From: Chloroflexota bacterium
Lineage (GTDB): Bacteria; Chloroflexota; Anaerolineae; Epilineales; SHYO01
Length of the DNA stretch: 58,586 nt
Direction: 5' to 3'
NCBI GenBank assembly: GCA_009692745.1
Contig: SHYO01000003.1
Span: forward strand, 1-58,586
A model generated the notes under the pieces. The model was given only the letters and a program-made list of their open reading frames with translations, was not told the DNA's origin and made no database searches. Each line of letters starts with the position of its first letter. Positions within the stretch are counted from its first letter, which is position 1. The position numbers were made by a program, and so were the translations under genes. Positions 9,770 to 19,257 of this stretch are shown here, piece after piece.

Positions 9770-9871
9770 GTGAGCCGTCCGGAATAAGATTATCTCATAG
9801 ATTTGGCACGACCTGTATCCTGGGCAGGGTGCCCTGTAACAGGTAGGACGTTCCAAGAAGGAGGATAAGCC

Positions 9872-10141
9872 GTGCCATTGACCAAGTTAATAAAAGATAA
9901 TATCATAGCGGAATATCACACGCACGAGAAAGATACAGGGTCACCTGAAGTTCAGGTTGCGCTATTGACGACTCGTATCAATCAGTTGGTAGAGCATTTA
10001 AAGATTCACAAACAGGATCACCATTCTCGACGTGGTTTGCTGAAACTGGTGGGGCAGCGCCGTCGCCACCTGTCATATCTCAGCAAACGCCAACCAGATC
10101 GATATCGAGAGATTATCGCCCGGTTAGGACTGCGCAAATAA
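9872..10141 (+). CDS. rpsO: 30S ribosomal protein uS15
   Basis: [35 protein letters not shown]; GGAGG RBS. Confidence 0.98.
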   Translation: MPLTKLIKDNIIAEYHTHEKDTGSPEVQVALLTTRINQLVEHLKIHKQDHHSRRGLLKLVGQRRRHLSYLSKRQPDRYREIIARLGLRK

Positions 10142-10208
10142 ATATTGGTGGTAAACAGTTTTTCTTCGGGTTATTTTAGAGTATTCTTTAACACTATATC
10201 TAACAATT

Positions 10209-10258
10209 AAACGAGTAAATGTTGAAACCCTTATAAGGGTTTCAACATTTACTCGTTT
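10209..10258. repeat. Perfect 50-bp palindrome with no spacer
   Basis: AAACGAGTAAATGTTGAAACCCTTA|TAAGGGTTTCAACATTTACTCGTTT. Confidence 0.95.
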
Positions 10259-10613
10259 GTTGTATAATTAGGACGGGTAGTTTATCTGAAACCAGGGGTG
10301 CAGGAATTGGAGAGTGATCCCGACGGATGTTACGTGGGGGGCAGTTTCCAGCTCCTGACCTCCTGGATGAGCAAGAAGGGAATCCTTCTCGCACGGGTGC
10401 GTTATGCTACATCTATACCCACGTATGGGTGCAACTTGGTTACGTCCAACCCAGCGTTATATATGCGAGCATATAGGAGCGTACAGTTAATTCGGTGCTG
10501 CATAGGGTCACTGACCCGCTTCATCCTCAATATCTTAGCTGCATTTGCCCCTGCGGTAACGCCCCCTTGTGGAAGATTGCCCTCATATTTCCCAAGGAGG
10601 GAAAAAGTTTTAT

Positions 10614-12797
10614 ATGGCAACACAATTTTCGGGTAAGATAGGTGATAAGGTAGTAACCATTGAGACGGGAAAGTTGGCGCAACAGGCCGGGGGAGCGGTT
10701 ACCATTCGCATGGGCGATACGTTGTTGTTGGCGACGGCGACGGCCGCTAAAAGTCCCCGTGAAGGCGTAGATTTTTTCCCCCTGACGGTCGATTACGAAG
10801 AGAGGTTGTATGCGGCGGGTCGTATCCCCGGCGGTTTCTTCAAGCGTGAAGGTCGCCCTAGCGAAACGGCGATCCTTATCTGCCGTCTGGTTGACCGGCC
10901 ATTGCGTCCACTTTTCCCTAAGGGTTTCCGCACCGATGTACAGGTGGTATTGACCTCTCTCTCTTCCGACCAGGATAATCCCTTGGATGTGCTGGCGATC
11001 GTGGGCGCCTCTGCCGCCTTAACCATTTCGGATATTCCCTTTGAAGGTCCTATCGCGGGAGTGCGGGTCGGTTTGGTTGATGGCGACTTTGTAATCAATC
11101 CCACGTATGCCGAGATTGACAAGAGTACGCTCGACCTGCGGATGGCTGGGACCGCGGATGCTATCCTGATGGTGGAAGCGGGCGCACAGCAGGTTCCCGA
11201 GGACGTGATGCTGGAAGCGTTGCGTTTGGGGCACCAGTCGATGCAGGAGATTATCGAGTTGCAGCGGCAGATGCAGGCGGCTGTAGGGAAGCCCAAGCGC
11301 AGCTTTCCGCTCTACGCTCTCTCCCATGAAGTGCGCAGTGCCGTGCAATCGAAGGTTGGAGACCGTTTTCGCCAGGTATTGAGAGAGTCATCCACCAAGG
11401 AGGCGCGCTCCCTGGGGTTGGAAAGCCTGGAAGCAGCGGTGATGGAGGAGTTGGAGCCACTCGCCGAAACGTACGAGGGAACTGAGATCAAACAGGCTTA
11501 CGATGAGGAGTTTAAACACGCGATCCGGCACGATATTCTTGAGTACGGCAAGCGGCCGGATGGGCGTGATCCTAAGACGATCCGCCCCATTTATTCTGAA
11601 GTGAACCTTTTACCCCGCGCTCATGGTTCGGGTTTGTTCCAGCGGGGAGAAACCCAGGTTTTGAGCATCGTTACATTGGGCGCTCCCGGCGAGGAGCAGA
11701 TGTTGGATAACCTGGGGCCAGATGAGTCCAAGCGCTATATGCACCATTATAACATGCCGCCGTTTGCCACTGGTGAAGCGACCCCTATGCGCGGGCCGCG
11801 CCGGCGTGAAATTGGGCACGGCGCCCTGGCAGAAACCGCATTGCGGGCCGTCGTCCCGGCGGGTACTGTCTTCCCCTATACTGTCCGGGTGGTGAGCGAG
11901 GTGTTAAGCTCCAACGGCTCGACTTCTATGGCCAGTGTCTGTGGCAGTACCCTGGCGTTGATGGATGCCGGTGTGCCTATTCTGGCTCCGGTGGCCGGGG
12001 TAGCTATGGGGTTGGTGAAGGAAGATGAGAAATACCAGATTCTCACAGATATTCAGGGGATGGAAGATAACCTGGGGGATATGGATTTCAAGGTGGCTGG
12101 GACGAGTAAGGGGATTACAGCGCTGCAGATGGACATGAAGATCCGCGGCATCAGCATGGAAATTCTGCGTCAGGCGCTGAGCCAGGCCCTGGAGGGCAGA
12201 TTGTTTATCTTGGGCAAAATGTTAGAGGTCATGCCGAAGTCACGTAGTGAACTATCGCCCATGGCCCCTTTGATTACGGTAATTAAGATCGAACCGGAGA
12301 AGATTGGCGCGGTGATTGGGCCCGGCGGTAAGATGATTCGCAAGATTACCGAGGAGACCGGCGCTAAGATTGATATTGAGGATGATGGCAGCGTCTTTAT
12401 CACTGCGCCCGATGGCATCTCTGGAAATAAGGCCAAACAGATGATTGAAGGGCTGACGGCCGATGCGGAAGTGGGGAAGATCTACACCGGCAAGGTGGTA
12501 CGTATTACCGATTTCGGCGCCTTTGTGGAGATCCTGCCGGGGAAAGATGGTCTGGTTCACATCTCGCAATTGGCCAGTGAGCGGGTGAACAGTGTAGAGG
12601 ATGTGGTCCGCGTTGGCGATGAGATTATGGTCATGGTGATCGCCATCGATGAGGATCGGAAGATCCGCCTCTCTCGCGTCGCCGTGCTTGAAGGCTGGAC
12701 GGCCGAAAAGGCGCGGGAAATGGATAAGCGTCCCTCCGGTGGTCGCCGGCCGCAAGGGGATAATCGCTCGGATGGCGGGCGACGTGACCGGCGTTAA
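10614..12797 (+). CDS. pnp: Polyribonucleotide nucleotidyltransferase (PNPase)
   Basis: FFPLTVDYEE, RREIGHG, SNGSTSMASVC, GDMDFKVAG, KH and S1 domains. ATG 10614 follows AAGGAGG. Confidence 0.98.
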   Translation: MATQFSGKIGDKVVTIETGKLAQQAGGAVTIRMGDTLLLATATAAKSPREGVDFFPLTVDYEERLYAAGRIPGGFFKREGRPSETAILICRLVDRPLRPLFPKGFRTDVQVVLTSLSSDQDNPLDVLAIVGASAALTISDIPFEGPIAGVRVGLVDGDFVINPTYAEIDKSTLDLRMAGTADAILMVEAGAQQVPEDVMLEALRLGHQSMQEIIELQRQMQAAVGKPKRSFPLYALSHEVRSAVQSKVGDRFRQVLRESSTKEARSLGLESLEAAVMEELEPLAETYEGTEIKQAYDEEFKHAIRHDILEYGKRPDGRDPKTIRPIYSEVNLLPRAHGSGLFQRGETQVLSIVTLGAPGEEQMLDNLGPDESKRYMHHYNMPPFATGEATPMRGPRRREIGHGALAETALRAVVPAGTVFPYTVRVVSEVLSSNGSTSMASVCGSTLALMDAGVPILAPVAGVAMGLVKEDEKYQILTDIQGMEDNLGDMDFKVAGTSKGITALQMDMKIRGISMEILRQALSQALEGRLFILGKMLEVMPKSRSELSPMAPLITVIKIEPEKIGAVIGPGGKMIRKITEETGAKIDIEDDGSVFITAPDGISGNKAKQMIEGLTADAEVGKIYTGKVVRITDFGAFVEILPGKDGLVHISQLASERVNSVEDVVRVGDEIMVMVIAIDEDRKIRLSRVAVLEGWTAEKAREMDKRPSGGRRPQGDNRSDGGRRDRR

Positions 12798-12897
12798 GTT
12801 GGTAGCAGTTATTATAGCAATTACCGGTTAGCTACAAATCTTCTATGCTGGTGGCGAGTGGATATTACTACCAGGATAGAGTATGGGGCTAAGGAAG

Positions 12898-12945
12898 GGG
12901 GCATTGTCGTCATGGTATGAGAGACGATAATGCCCCATTTTTATT
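12898..12945 (+). terminator. Rho-independent terminator after pnp
   Basis: GGGGCATTGTCGTC/GACGATAATGCCCC stem followed by ATTTTTATT. Confidence 0.7.
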
Positions 12946-12978
12946 AGCCACATTAAAAAGTTGGCCTTGGAGGTAGGT

Positions 12979-14262
12979 ATGGTGCGTTGGAGTACGACGA
13001 CAAAGCGGTGGGTACTGACAGGTATTGTGATAGGTATCGTCTGGGCCGTTTATCGTTTCAGTAATCTCTTACCGCCCATTGTTCTGGCCATCTTGCTGGC
13101 ATATATTCTGAATCCGTTGGTGGGGGGACTGACGCGCCATTTTCGGTTACCCCGAGTGCTTAGTGCCTTACTGATCTACCTGGGATTTTTATTATTAGTT
13201 TTCTTTGCTCTGCTCATCTTTATCCCGGCTGCCGTACGACAGGTCCAGGACCTGGATATTAACTTTACGCAGGTAGCTCAGGACCTGGCAGCCTATCTGA
13301 AGCCCACTTTGGATCGATTTAGCCATATCGAAGTTTTTGGTACAGTCATCATTCTGCCGCTGGATTTCGACCAGTTGCGCGCAACATTGGAGGGTAACCT
13401 GAGTTCTGTGGGCTCACGGGGAGTGAATTTATTGTTTGGCTTTACCTCCGGTTTTGCCTCTGGGCTTTTCTTGATAGTGCTGATTTTGTTTATATCCTTT
13501 TACCTATTGAAGGATGGCAAGGCTGCTGCAGGGTATTTGAGCGGGTTGGTGCCTGCTGGTTATGAAGACGAGGTGCGGCAGATGACCCGTGAAGTTGAAG
13601 ATGTGTGGAATGCTTTCCTGCGCGGCCAATTGATCCTTTGTGGGGTTATCGGCTTGCTTACCTACGTGGCACTCCTCATCTTAGGGATGCCCAATGCGTT
13701 GTTATTGGGTGTGCTGGCCGGGATATTAGAAATTGTGCCGAACCTGGGACCGATACTCGCTATGATTCCGGCAGTGGTAGTGGCGTTGTTGCAGGGCTCG
13801 AATACCTTGCCGTTTGATCATCTGACTTTTGCAGGTATCGTGGTGCTCACCTATTTTATTATCCAGCAACTGGAAAATAACCTGGTGGTGCCCCGAATTA
13901 TCGGTGGTAGTGTGAATTTGCACCCCATCGTCGTTATCCTCGGGGTGGTGGCCGGGGCGGACCTGGCCGGTATCTTAGGCATATTCCTGGCTGCTCCGAC
14001 TCTGGCAACATTGAGAATCCTGGGGCGGCATATATACTTGCACCTGCTTGAGGAGTCTGCCCAACCCGTGGTAACAGCGGCGCCGGGGCCGGTACCGCTC
14101 GCGGTGGTGGTAGTCTCTGGTCCAAAATCGGAAAGCGCCAGCTCTGCTGCAAGGGGAGTGCCTGTACTGGGTGCAGATGCTGTACCAGAGCCTGAGATGA
14201 AAACATCAGCCTCGTCTGAATCCGGTAGCGTCCCATCAAATCCTGATATCGTGACAGGGTAA
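12979..14262 (+). CDS. AI-2E (PerM/UPF0118) family transporter
   Basis: LAYILNP, FLRGQ, IVPNLGP, QQLENN.VVPRIIG.SVNLHP; multi-TM. Confidence 0.92.
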   Translation: MVRWSTTTKRWVLTGIVIGIVWAVYRFSNLLPPIVLAILLAYILNPLVGGLTRHFRLPRVLSALLIYLGFLLLVFFALLIFIPAAVRQVQDLDINFTQVAQDLAAYLKPTLDRFSHIEVFGTVIILPLDFDQLRATLEGNLSSVGSRGVNLLFGFTSGFASGLFLIVLILFISFYLLKDGKAAAGYLSGLVPAGYEDEVRQMTREVEDVWNAFLRGQLILCGVIGLLTYVALLILGMPNALLLGVLAGILEIVPNLGPILAMIPAVVVALLQGSNTLPFDHLTFAGIVVLTYFIIQQLENNLVVPRIIGGSVNLHPIVVILGVVAGADLAGILGIFLAAPTLATLRILGRHIYLHLLEESAQPVVTAAPGPVPLAVVVVSGPKSESASSAARGVPVLGADAVPEPEMKTSASSESGSVPSNPDIVTG

Positions 14263-14281
14263 ATTCCTGGGGAGAATACGA

Positions 14282-14791
14282 ATGAGTGTGACAGAGCAAA
14301 TGGCGCCGGGGAAGCCGGTGAGTGCCTCGCAGGTCGAAATGGTGCAGGTGGTGCTGCCGTCCGACACGAACCCATTGGGGAATGTCTTCGGCGGGACCGT
14401 GATGGGGTGGATTGACTTATGCGCTGCGGTTGCTGCCCAACGCCATTGCCGCCAGATTGTGGTGACAGCCTCGATGGATGCTTTGAGCTTCCTGGCGCCT
14501 ATCCGGTTGGGATACACGGTGATTTTACGTGCCCAGGTGAACCGGGCCTTTCATACCTCTCTAGAGGTGGGGGTGCAGGTGGAGGCTGAGAATCCTTTGA
14601 CAGGTGAGTTGGAGCATTGTTGTTCAGCTTTCCTGACGTTTGTGGCCATCGATGCCGCCGGCCATCCCATAGCGGTACCACCAGTTATTGCGCAGACATC
14701 CCAGGAGCACGAGCGCTATGAAGAAGCCGGTTTGCGCCGCGAGGACCGGTTAAAGTGGCGCCACCGCAAGAAGCAAGCTTCGCAAGGGTAA
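14282..14791 (+). CDS. Acyl-CoA thioesterase (hotdog, YciA-like)
   Basis: VLPSDTNPLGNVFGG..WID, LTFVAID..P. Confidence 0.92.
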   Translation: MSVTEQMAPGKPVSASQVEMVQVVLPSDTNPLGNVFGGTVMGWIDLCAAVAAQRHCRQIVVTASMDALSFLAPIRLGYTVILRAQVNRAFHTSLEVGVQVEAENPLTGELEHCCSAFLTFVAIDAAGHPIAVPPVIAQTSQEHERYEEAGLRREDRLKWRHRKKQASQG

Positions 14792-14834
14792 ATCAAAAGC
14801 GGGACACAGAGGAACAGGGCAGAAGAGAGGCGCT

Positions 14835-16064
14835 ATGAAGATCGTCGACATTGAAGCTATTCCGGTACAGGCAGCGCTGCGGCCCGGAGATGTATACTGG
14901 GGTAATCAGTCGTGGGGGCGGAACAAACCGGCTTTGAAGAATGCCCCGGGTTTGCCGGCCGGGGATGATCGCAGCGTTTATCCCTACCAGTGGCGCAGCC
15001 GGGCCGCCTATTCCCAGACAGTGGATACCACGATTGTCAAGATTACCACCGATAGCGGCCTTATCGGCTGGGGAGAGGCGAAATCGCCGGTGGCCCCCAC
15101 GGTGACTGCGACCATTATCCGGGATTTAATGGCCGGATTACTCATCGGGGAGGATCCGACGAATCCTGCTTTGCAGTGGGAACGGATGTACGGTGCGATG
15201 CGCATCCGCGGCCACGCGGCGGGCTTCTGGATGGAAGCTATTAGTGGGGTGGATATCGCCCTGTGGGATATCTCTGCTAAAGCCCTGGGAGTGCCACTGA
15301 GCACTTTGCTGGGGGGGAAATTCCGGCAACGGGTGAAGGTTTATGCCTCGGCCATTCCGGGCGTGCGGGAAGGGGCGCCGGAAGACGCTTGGCAGCAGTT
15401 GCGCACGACCGCGAAGGATATCCGTAGCCGGGGGTTCCAGGCGTTGAAGATGGGGATTGGCCTGGGGGTGGCGGGGGATCTGCGCTCGGTGCAAATCGTT
15501 CGCGAGACCCTGGGGCCCGATTTTACGATCTTTACCGATGCTGCCGGGATGTATACTCTGCCGGAAGCGATCGAGTTGGGCCGGGGGTTGGAGCGGCTGC
15601 AGGTGGGCTGGCTGGAAGCGCCCCTCCCGCCGGAAGAGCTGGAAGGATACGCACGCCTGGCGCGGATCCTGGATTTGCCGATTGCCAGCGACCTGGTCTT
15701 CAACCGTTGGCAGATGCGGGATTTGTTACTGGCCGGCGGGGTGGATGTGTTGCAACCGGATGTATGCCGGGCCGGGGGGTTGACCGAGAGCAAACGGATT
15801 GCCGAGTTGGCGGATGCTTTCGGCAAGGCGGCTACGCCCCACGTGAGCATTGGTTCGGCGATTCACTTTGCCGCCAGTGTACAACTGGCGGCGGCGCTGC
15901 CTAACCAGAGTGTGATGGAGTTTTGGTACGGCGCTAATCCGCTCGGGGACCCGATTATGGCAGCGCCATTCAAGGTGGAGCAGGGGTATTTCTGGGTGCC
16001 GCAAGGGCCGGGGCTAGGGATTGAAATCGATGAAGCGGCGCTGCGGCGCTACGCTCTCTCCTAA
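14835..16064 (+). CDS. Mandelate racemase/muconate lactonizing (enolase superfamily) enzyme, copy A
   Basis: GWGE, ISGVDIALWD, LQPDV.RAGG, TPH, GPGLG. Confidence 0.9.
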   Translation: MKIVDIEAIPVQAALRPGDVYWGNQSWGRNKPALKNAPGLPAGDDRSVYPYQWRSRAAYSQTVDTTIVKITTDSGLIGWGEAKSPVAPTVTATIIRDLMAGLLIGEDPTNPALQWERMYGAMRIRGHAAGFWMEAISGVDIALWDISAKALGVPLSTLLGGKFRQRVKVYASAIPGVREGAPEDAWQQLRTTAKDIRSRGFQALKMGIGLGVAGDLRSVQIVRETLGPDFTIFTDAAGMYTLPEAIELGRGLERLQVGWLEAPLPPEELEGYARLARILDLPIASDLVFNRWQMRDLLLAGGVDVLQPDVCRAGGLTESKRIAELADAFGKAATPHVSIGSAIHFAASVQLAAALPNQSVMEFWYGANPLGDPIMAAPFKVEQGYFWVPQGPGLGIEIDEAALRRYALS

Positions 16065-16112
16065 AGAAAATCAAACAGGATATGCGCTGAGTACAGCAGG
16101 ATGAGATAGGAT

Positions 16113-17345
16113 ATGCGGATAAAAAAGGTTGAGGCGTTTGTGGTACGGGCGCCGCTGGAGGGGGATAAGCCCCACTGGGGGGCGGGATTTTGGGCCCAGG
16201 ATGCTCTGGTCCATCCCGGGTTGCCGGCCGGTCACCCGGGAGATATCAGTACAGAGTATCCGCCGATCTGGCGTAACCGGGCGGTTTATCCTGCTAGCCT
16301 GGATTGTCTGGTGGTGCGATTGGAGACGGATAACGGGATCGTGGGTTGGGGTGAGGCCCATACGCCGGCAGCGCCGGAAGCCAGCAAGGCGATTGTGGAA
16401 CAATTGTTGCAGCCGGTGGTATATGGCCGCGAGGCGCTAGATATTCAGCCGGCCTGGGAAAGCATGTATGCCACTATGCGCCTGAGAGGGCATTCCAGTG
16501 GCTTTATGCTGGAGGCGATCAGCGGCGTAGATATTGCGCTGTGGGATATTGCCGGAAAAGCCTTGGGCGTACCGGTGTGCAAGTTGATGGGGGGGCAGAT
16601 GCGGGAACGCATCCCTGTGTATGCTTCCAGTTTGCCGCGCGTGCTTGCCGTAGAAGGAGAGGCTGGGCGGCGCAAGTTGGCGGAGATGGCAGCGGGATTG
16701 GTGGCGCAAGGGTATCGCACGCTAAAAGTTAAACTGGGACTAGGGATTGAGGAGGACCGGCAGACTTTGCAGGCGCTGCGGCAGGCAGTGGGATCGGAGG
16801 TGGGCATAGCGGTGGATGTGAACGGCGCCTACGACCTGGCCCTGGCGCGACGGGCGGGGCGGATGATGGAGCAGGAGGGGGTGCTATGGCTGGAAGAGCC
16901 GCTCATGCCGGAAAATATGCGCGGATATGCCCAACTGGCCGCCAGCCTGGATATCACAGTGGCCGGTGGGGAGTGCCTGGATAACCGCTGGATTTTTAAC
17001 GATTTTCTAGCCGCCGGGGCGCTGGATCTAATCCAGCCCGATGTGTCGCGCGCCGGGGGGCTGAGCGAGGTGAAGCGGATTTCCGACCTGGCCGATACCT
17101 ACAATGTGCCATTTGCGCCGCATGTCAGCATTGGTACAGCCATCTACATGGCTGCATCGCTGCAATGGGCCGCAGCCGGGGCCAACTTGATGACCTGCGA
17201 ATGGCCTTTGGATCAGAGCCGGTTGGGTAACGGGATTCTGGCCGAACCATTTGTGTTCAGCGACGGGTATGTGCAAGTCCCAGTCGGGCCGGGATTGGGT
17301 GTTATGGTGGATGAGCAGGCCTTGCGGCAATGGCAGGTGGTGTAG
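16113..17345 (+). CDS. Mandelate racemase/muconate lactonizing enzyme, copy B (MR subgroup)
   Basis: KVK, D-V-N, EEP, GGE metal ligands, QPD, APH (His-Asp dyad pattern). Confidence 0.92.
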   Translation: MRIKKVEAFVVRAPLEGDKPHWGAGFWAQDALVHPGLPAGHPGDISTEYPPIWRNRAVYPASLDCLVVRLETDNGIVGWGEAHTPAAPEASKAIVEQLLQPVVYGREALDIQPAWESMYATMRLRGHSSGFMLEAISGVDIALWDIAGKALGVPVCKLMGGQMRERIPVYASSLPRVLAVEGEAGRRKLAEMAAGLVAQGYRTLKVKLGLGIEEDRQTLQALRQAVGSEVGIAVDVNGAYDLALARRAGRMMEQEGVLWLEEPLMPENMRGYAQLAASLDITVAGGECLDNRWIFNDFLAAGALDLIQPDVSRAGGLSEVKRISDLADTYNVPFAPHVSIGTAIYMAASLQWAAAGANLMTCEWPLDQSRLGNGILAEPFVFSDGYVQVPVGPGLGVMVDEQALRQWQVV

Positions 17346-17400
17346 TGGAGGTTGGCAGGTTTTAACGCCTATTGTAGGTACGGCCAAAGTTGAGAGGAAG

Positions 17401-18213
17401 ATGGGAAGATTAGAGGGGAAAGTAGCGTTGATCAGCGGGGCGGCGCGGGGTATTGGCGCGGCCATCGCGACGCGGTTTGCCGGCGAGGGTGCCAGTCTGG
17501 TCCTGGTGGATGTATTGGTGGAGGAATTGCAGCGCCTTGCAGAGGGGTTAGTTACAGTAGGAGGAGTGGTTGAGGTAGTTGGGGGGGATGTGGCCGATGA
17601 GGAGACGTGGCGCCAGGCGGTGAACCGGGCAGAAGAGCGGTTCAGGCGGCTGGATATCCTGGTCAATAACGCCGGGGCGGCGGAGCACCGCTCCGTGACG
17701 GATCTGAGTGTGGCCCTGTGGCGCCGGACGCTGGATGTGTGCCTGACATCGGCATTCCTGGGAGCCAAATATGCCATTCCGGTGATGCAGCGACAACAAG
17801 GCGGTGCTATTATCAATATTAGTTCGGTGAATTCCCTGGTGGCAACCCCGGGGATGCCGGCTTATACGGCGGCAAAGGGGGGAATGACGGCATTGACGCG
17901 ACAGTTGGCGGTGGAGTACGGCCCTGATGGCATCCGCACCAATGAGATCCGGCCGGGGCTAATTGCTACCCCTGAGACGGTAGAAACCGTGCTGGCCGAT
18001 TCGGCGGAGGAACGGGCGGCGCTGGAAAGTTGCCCCTTGCGACGGGTGGGGCAGCCGGAAGATATCGCGGCTACGGCATTATTTCTAGCGAGCGAGGACG
18101 CGGCGTATATTAACGGTGTGGCTCTGACGGTGGATGGCGGCACAACGGCGCAATGGCCGCCGATTCTGGTGCGTCCCGCCTTGCGGCGCAAGGCGCGGTT
18201 GCCGGTGGAATAA
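17401..18213 (+). CDS. Short-chain dehydrogenase/reductase
   Basis: SGAARGIG, NNAG, YTAAK. Start revised to ATG 17401. Confidence 0.93.
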   Translation: MGRLEGKVALISGAARGIGAAIATRFAGEGASLVLVDVLVEELQRLAEGLVTVGGVVEVVGGDVADEETWRQAVNRAEERFRRLDILVNNAGAAEHRSVTDLSVALWRRTLDVCLTSAFLGAKYAIPVMQRQQGGAIINISSVNSLVATPGMPAYTAAKGGMTALTRQLAVEYGPDGIRTNEIRPGLIATPETVETVLADSAEERAALESCPLRRVGQPEDIAATALFLASEDAAYINGVALTVDGGTTAQWPPILVRPALRRKARLPVE

Positions 18214-18293
18214 ACACGGTGGTTTTATAATTTTTGTCCCATCGGACAAGTTTAGCATTGCCCAATATCCATGACACAGATATAGGAGTTTTT

Positions 18294-19199
18294 ATGGCAC
18301 ATCAACCATTTCGCGGCGTGTTTGCGATTCCTGTAACGCCGTTCGATAAGCAGGGAAAAATCGACGAGTCCAGTTTGCGGCGCTGTATCGATTTTTGTGT
18401 GGCCGGGGGAGCGCATGGGATTGTGAACCCGGTTAATGCCAGCGAGTTTACCAGCCTGACTGATGATGAGCGCAAACGGGTGACAGAGATAACGATTGAG
18501 CAGACGAACGGGCGAATTCCTGTGGTGATTGGTACCTCTGGCGTGTCGACGCACCATGCGGTGGAGTTAAGCAGATATGCAGCCCACGTGGGGGCGGATG
18601 CAGTGATCGCCATGCCGCCCTATGTGCGCAAAGCCACCGCGGCTGAGATCTATGAGTATTACCGGGCATTGTCAGCAGCGGTGGATATTCCCATTTTTAT
18701 TCAGGACTATATCGGGCCGGTAGGCACGCCCATGTCGGCCGATTTGCTGAGCCGGATGTTGCGCGAATTGGAACACGTGAAATATTTAAAAGAGGAGGCC
18801 GTACCGGCGGGCCATATGATGACGGCAGTGATGGCAAAGGCCGGGGATAGTTTGGAGGGTGTGATGGGAGGGGCCGCCGGTCGATATATCATGGATGAGT
18901 TTCGCCGCGGAGCGCAGGGTACTATGCCGGCCTGCGAGATCGTCGATTTACACGTCCAGCTTTGGGATCTGCTCGAGAGTGGGGATGAGACGGCGGCGTT
19001 TGATTTCTATCGCCAGATGCTGCCGCTGATGAACCTTGAATCGTTATACAGTTTCGCGGTGTATAAAGAGGTGCTGCACCGCCGGGGCGTAATCGACTAT
19101 ACAACGATGCGTGCGGCGGGAGCGCCGATGCTGGATGACTACGATCAGCGGGAATTGGATATGATCCTGGCAGATCTTAAGCCGCTATTCCTGTTATGA
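18294..19199 (+). CDS. DapA/NAL-family class I aldolase or dehydratase (2-keto-3-deoxy sugar-acid type)
   Basis: PVTPF, NASEF, MPPY, IQDY, Schiff-base Lys in YLKEE; lacks the GTTGE of true DapA. Confidence 0.85.
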   Translation: MAHQPFRGVFAIPVTPFDKQGKIDESSLRRCIDFCVAGGAHGIVNPVNASEFTSLTDDERKRVTEITIEQTNGRIPVVIGTSGVSTHHAVELSRYAAHVGADAVIAMPPYVRKATAAEIYEYYRALSAAVDIPIFIQDYIGPVGTPMSADLLSRMLRELEHVKYLKEEAVPAGHMMTAVMAKAGDSLEGVMGGAAGRYIMDEFRRGAQGTMPACEIVDLHVQLWDLLESGDETAAFDFYRQMLPLMNLESLYSFAVYKEVLHRRGVIDYTTMRAAGAPMLDDYDQRELDMILADLKPLFLL

Positions 19200-19257
19200 A
19201 GCCATTCACGAAGGACACGAAGGGGTACTAAGGAATAGGAAAGGACTAAGGGATCAA

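Noticed and set aside
10298-10636. 112-aa ORF in the pnp leader
   Set aside because: No RBS or motifs, overlaps the pnp start out of frame, and the region looks like structured UTR.
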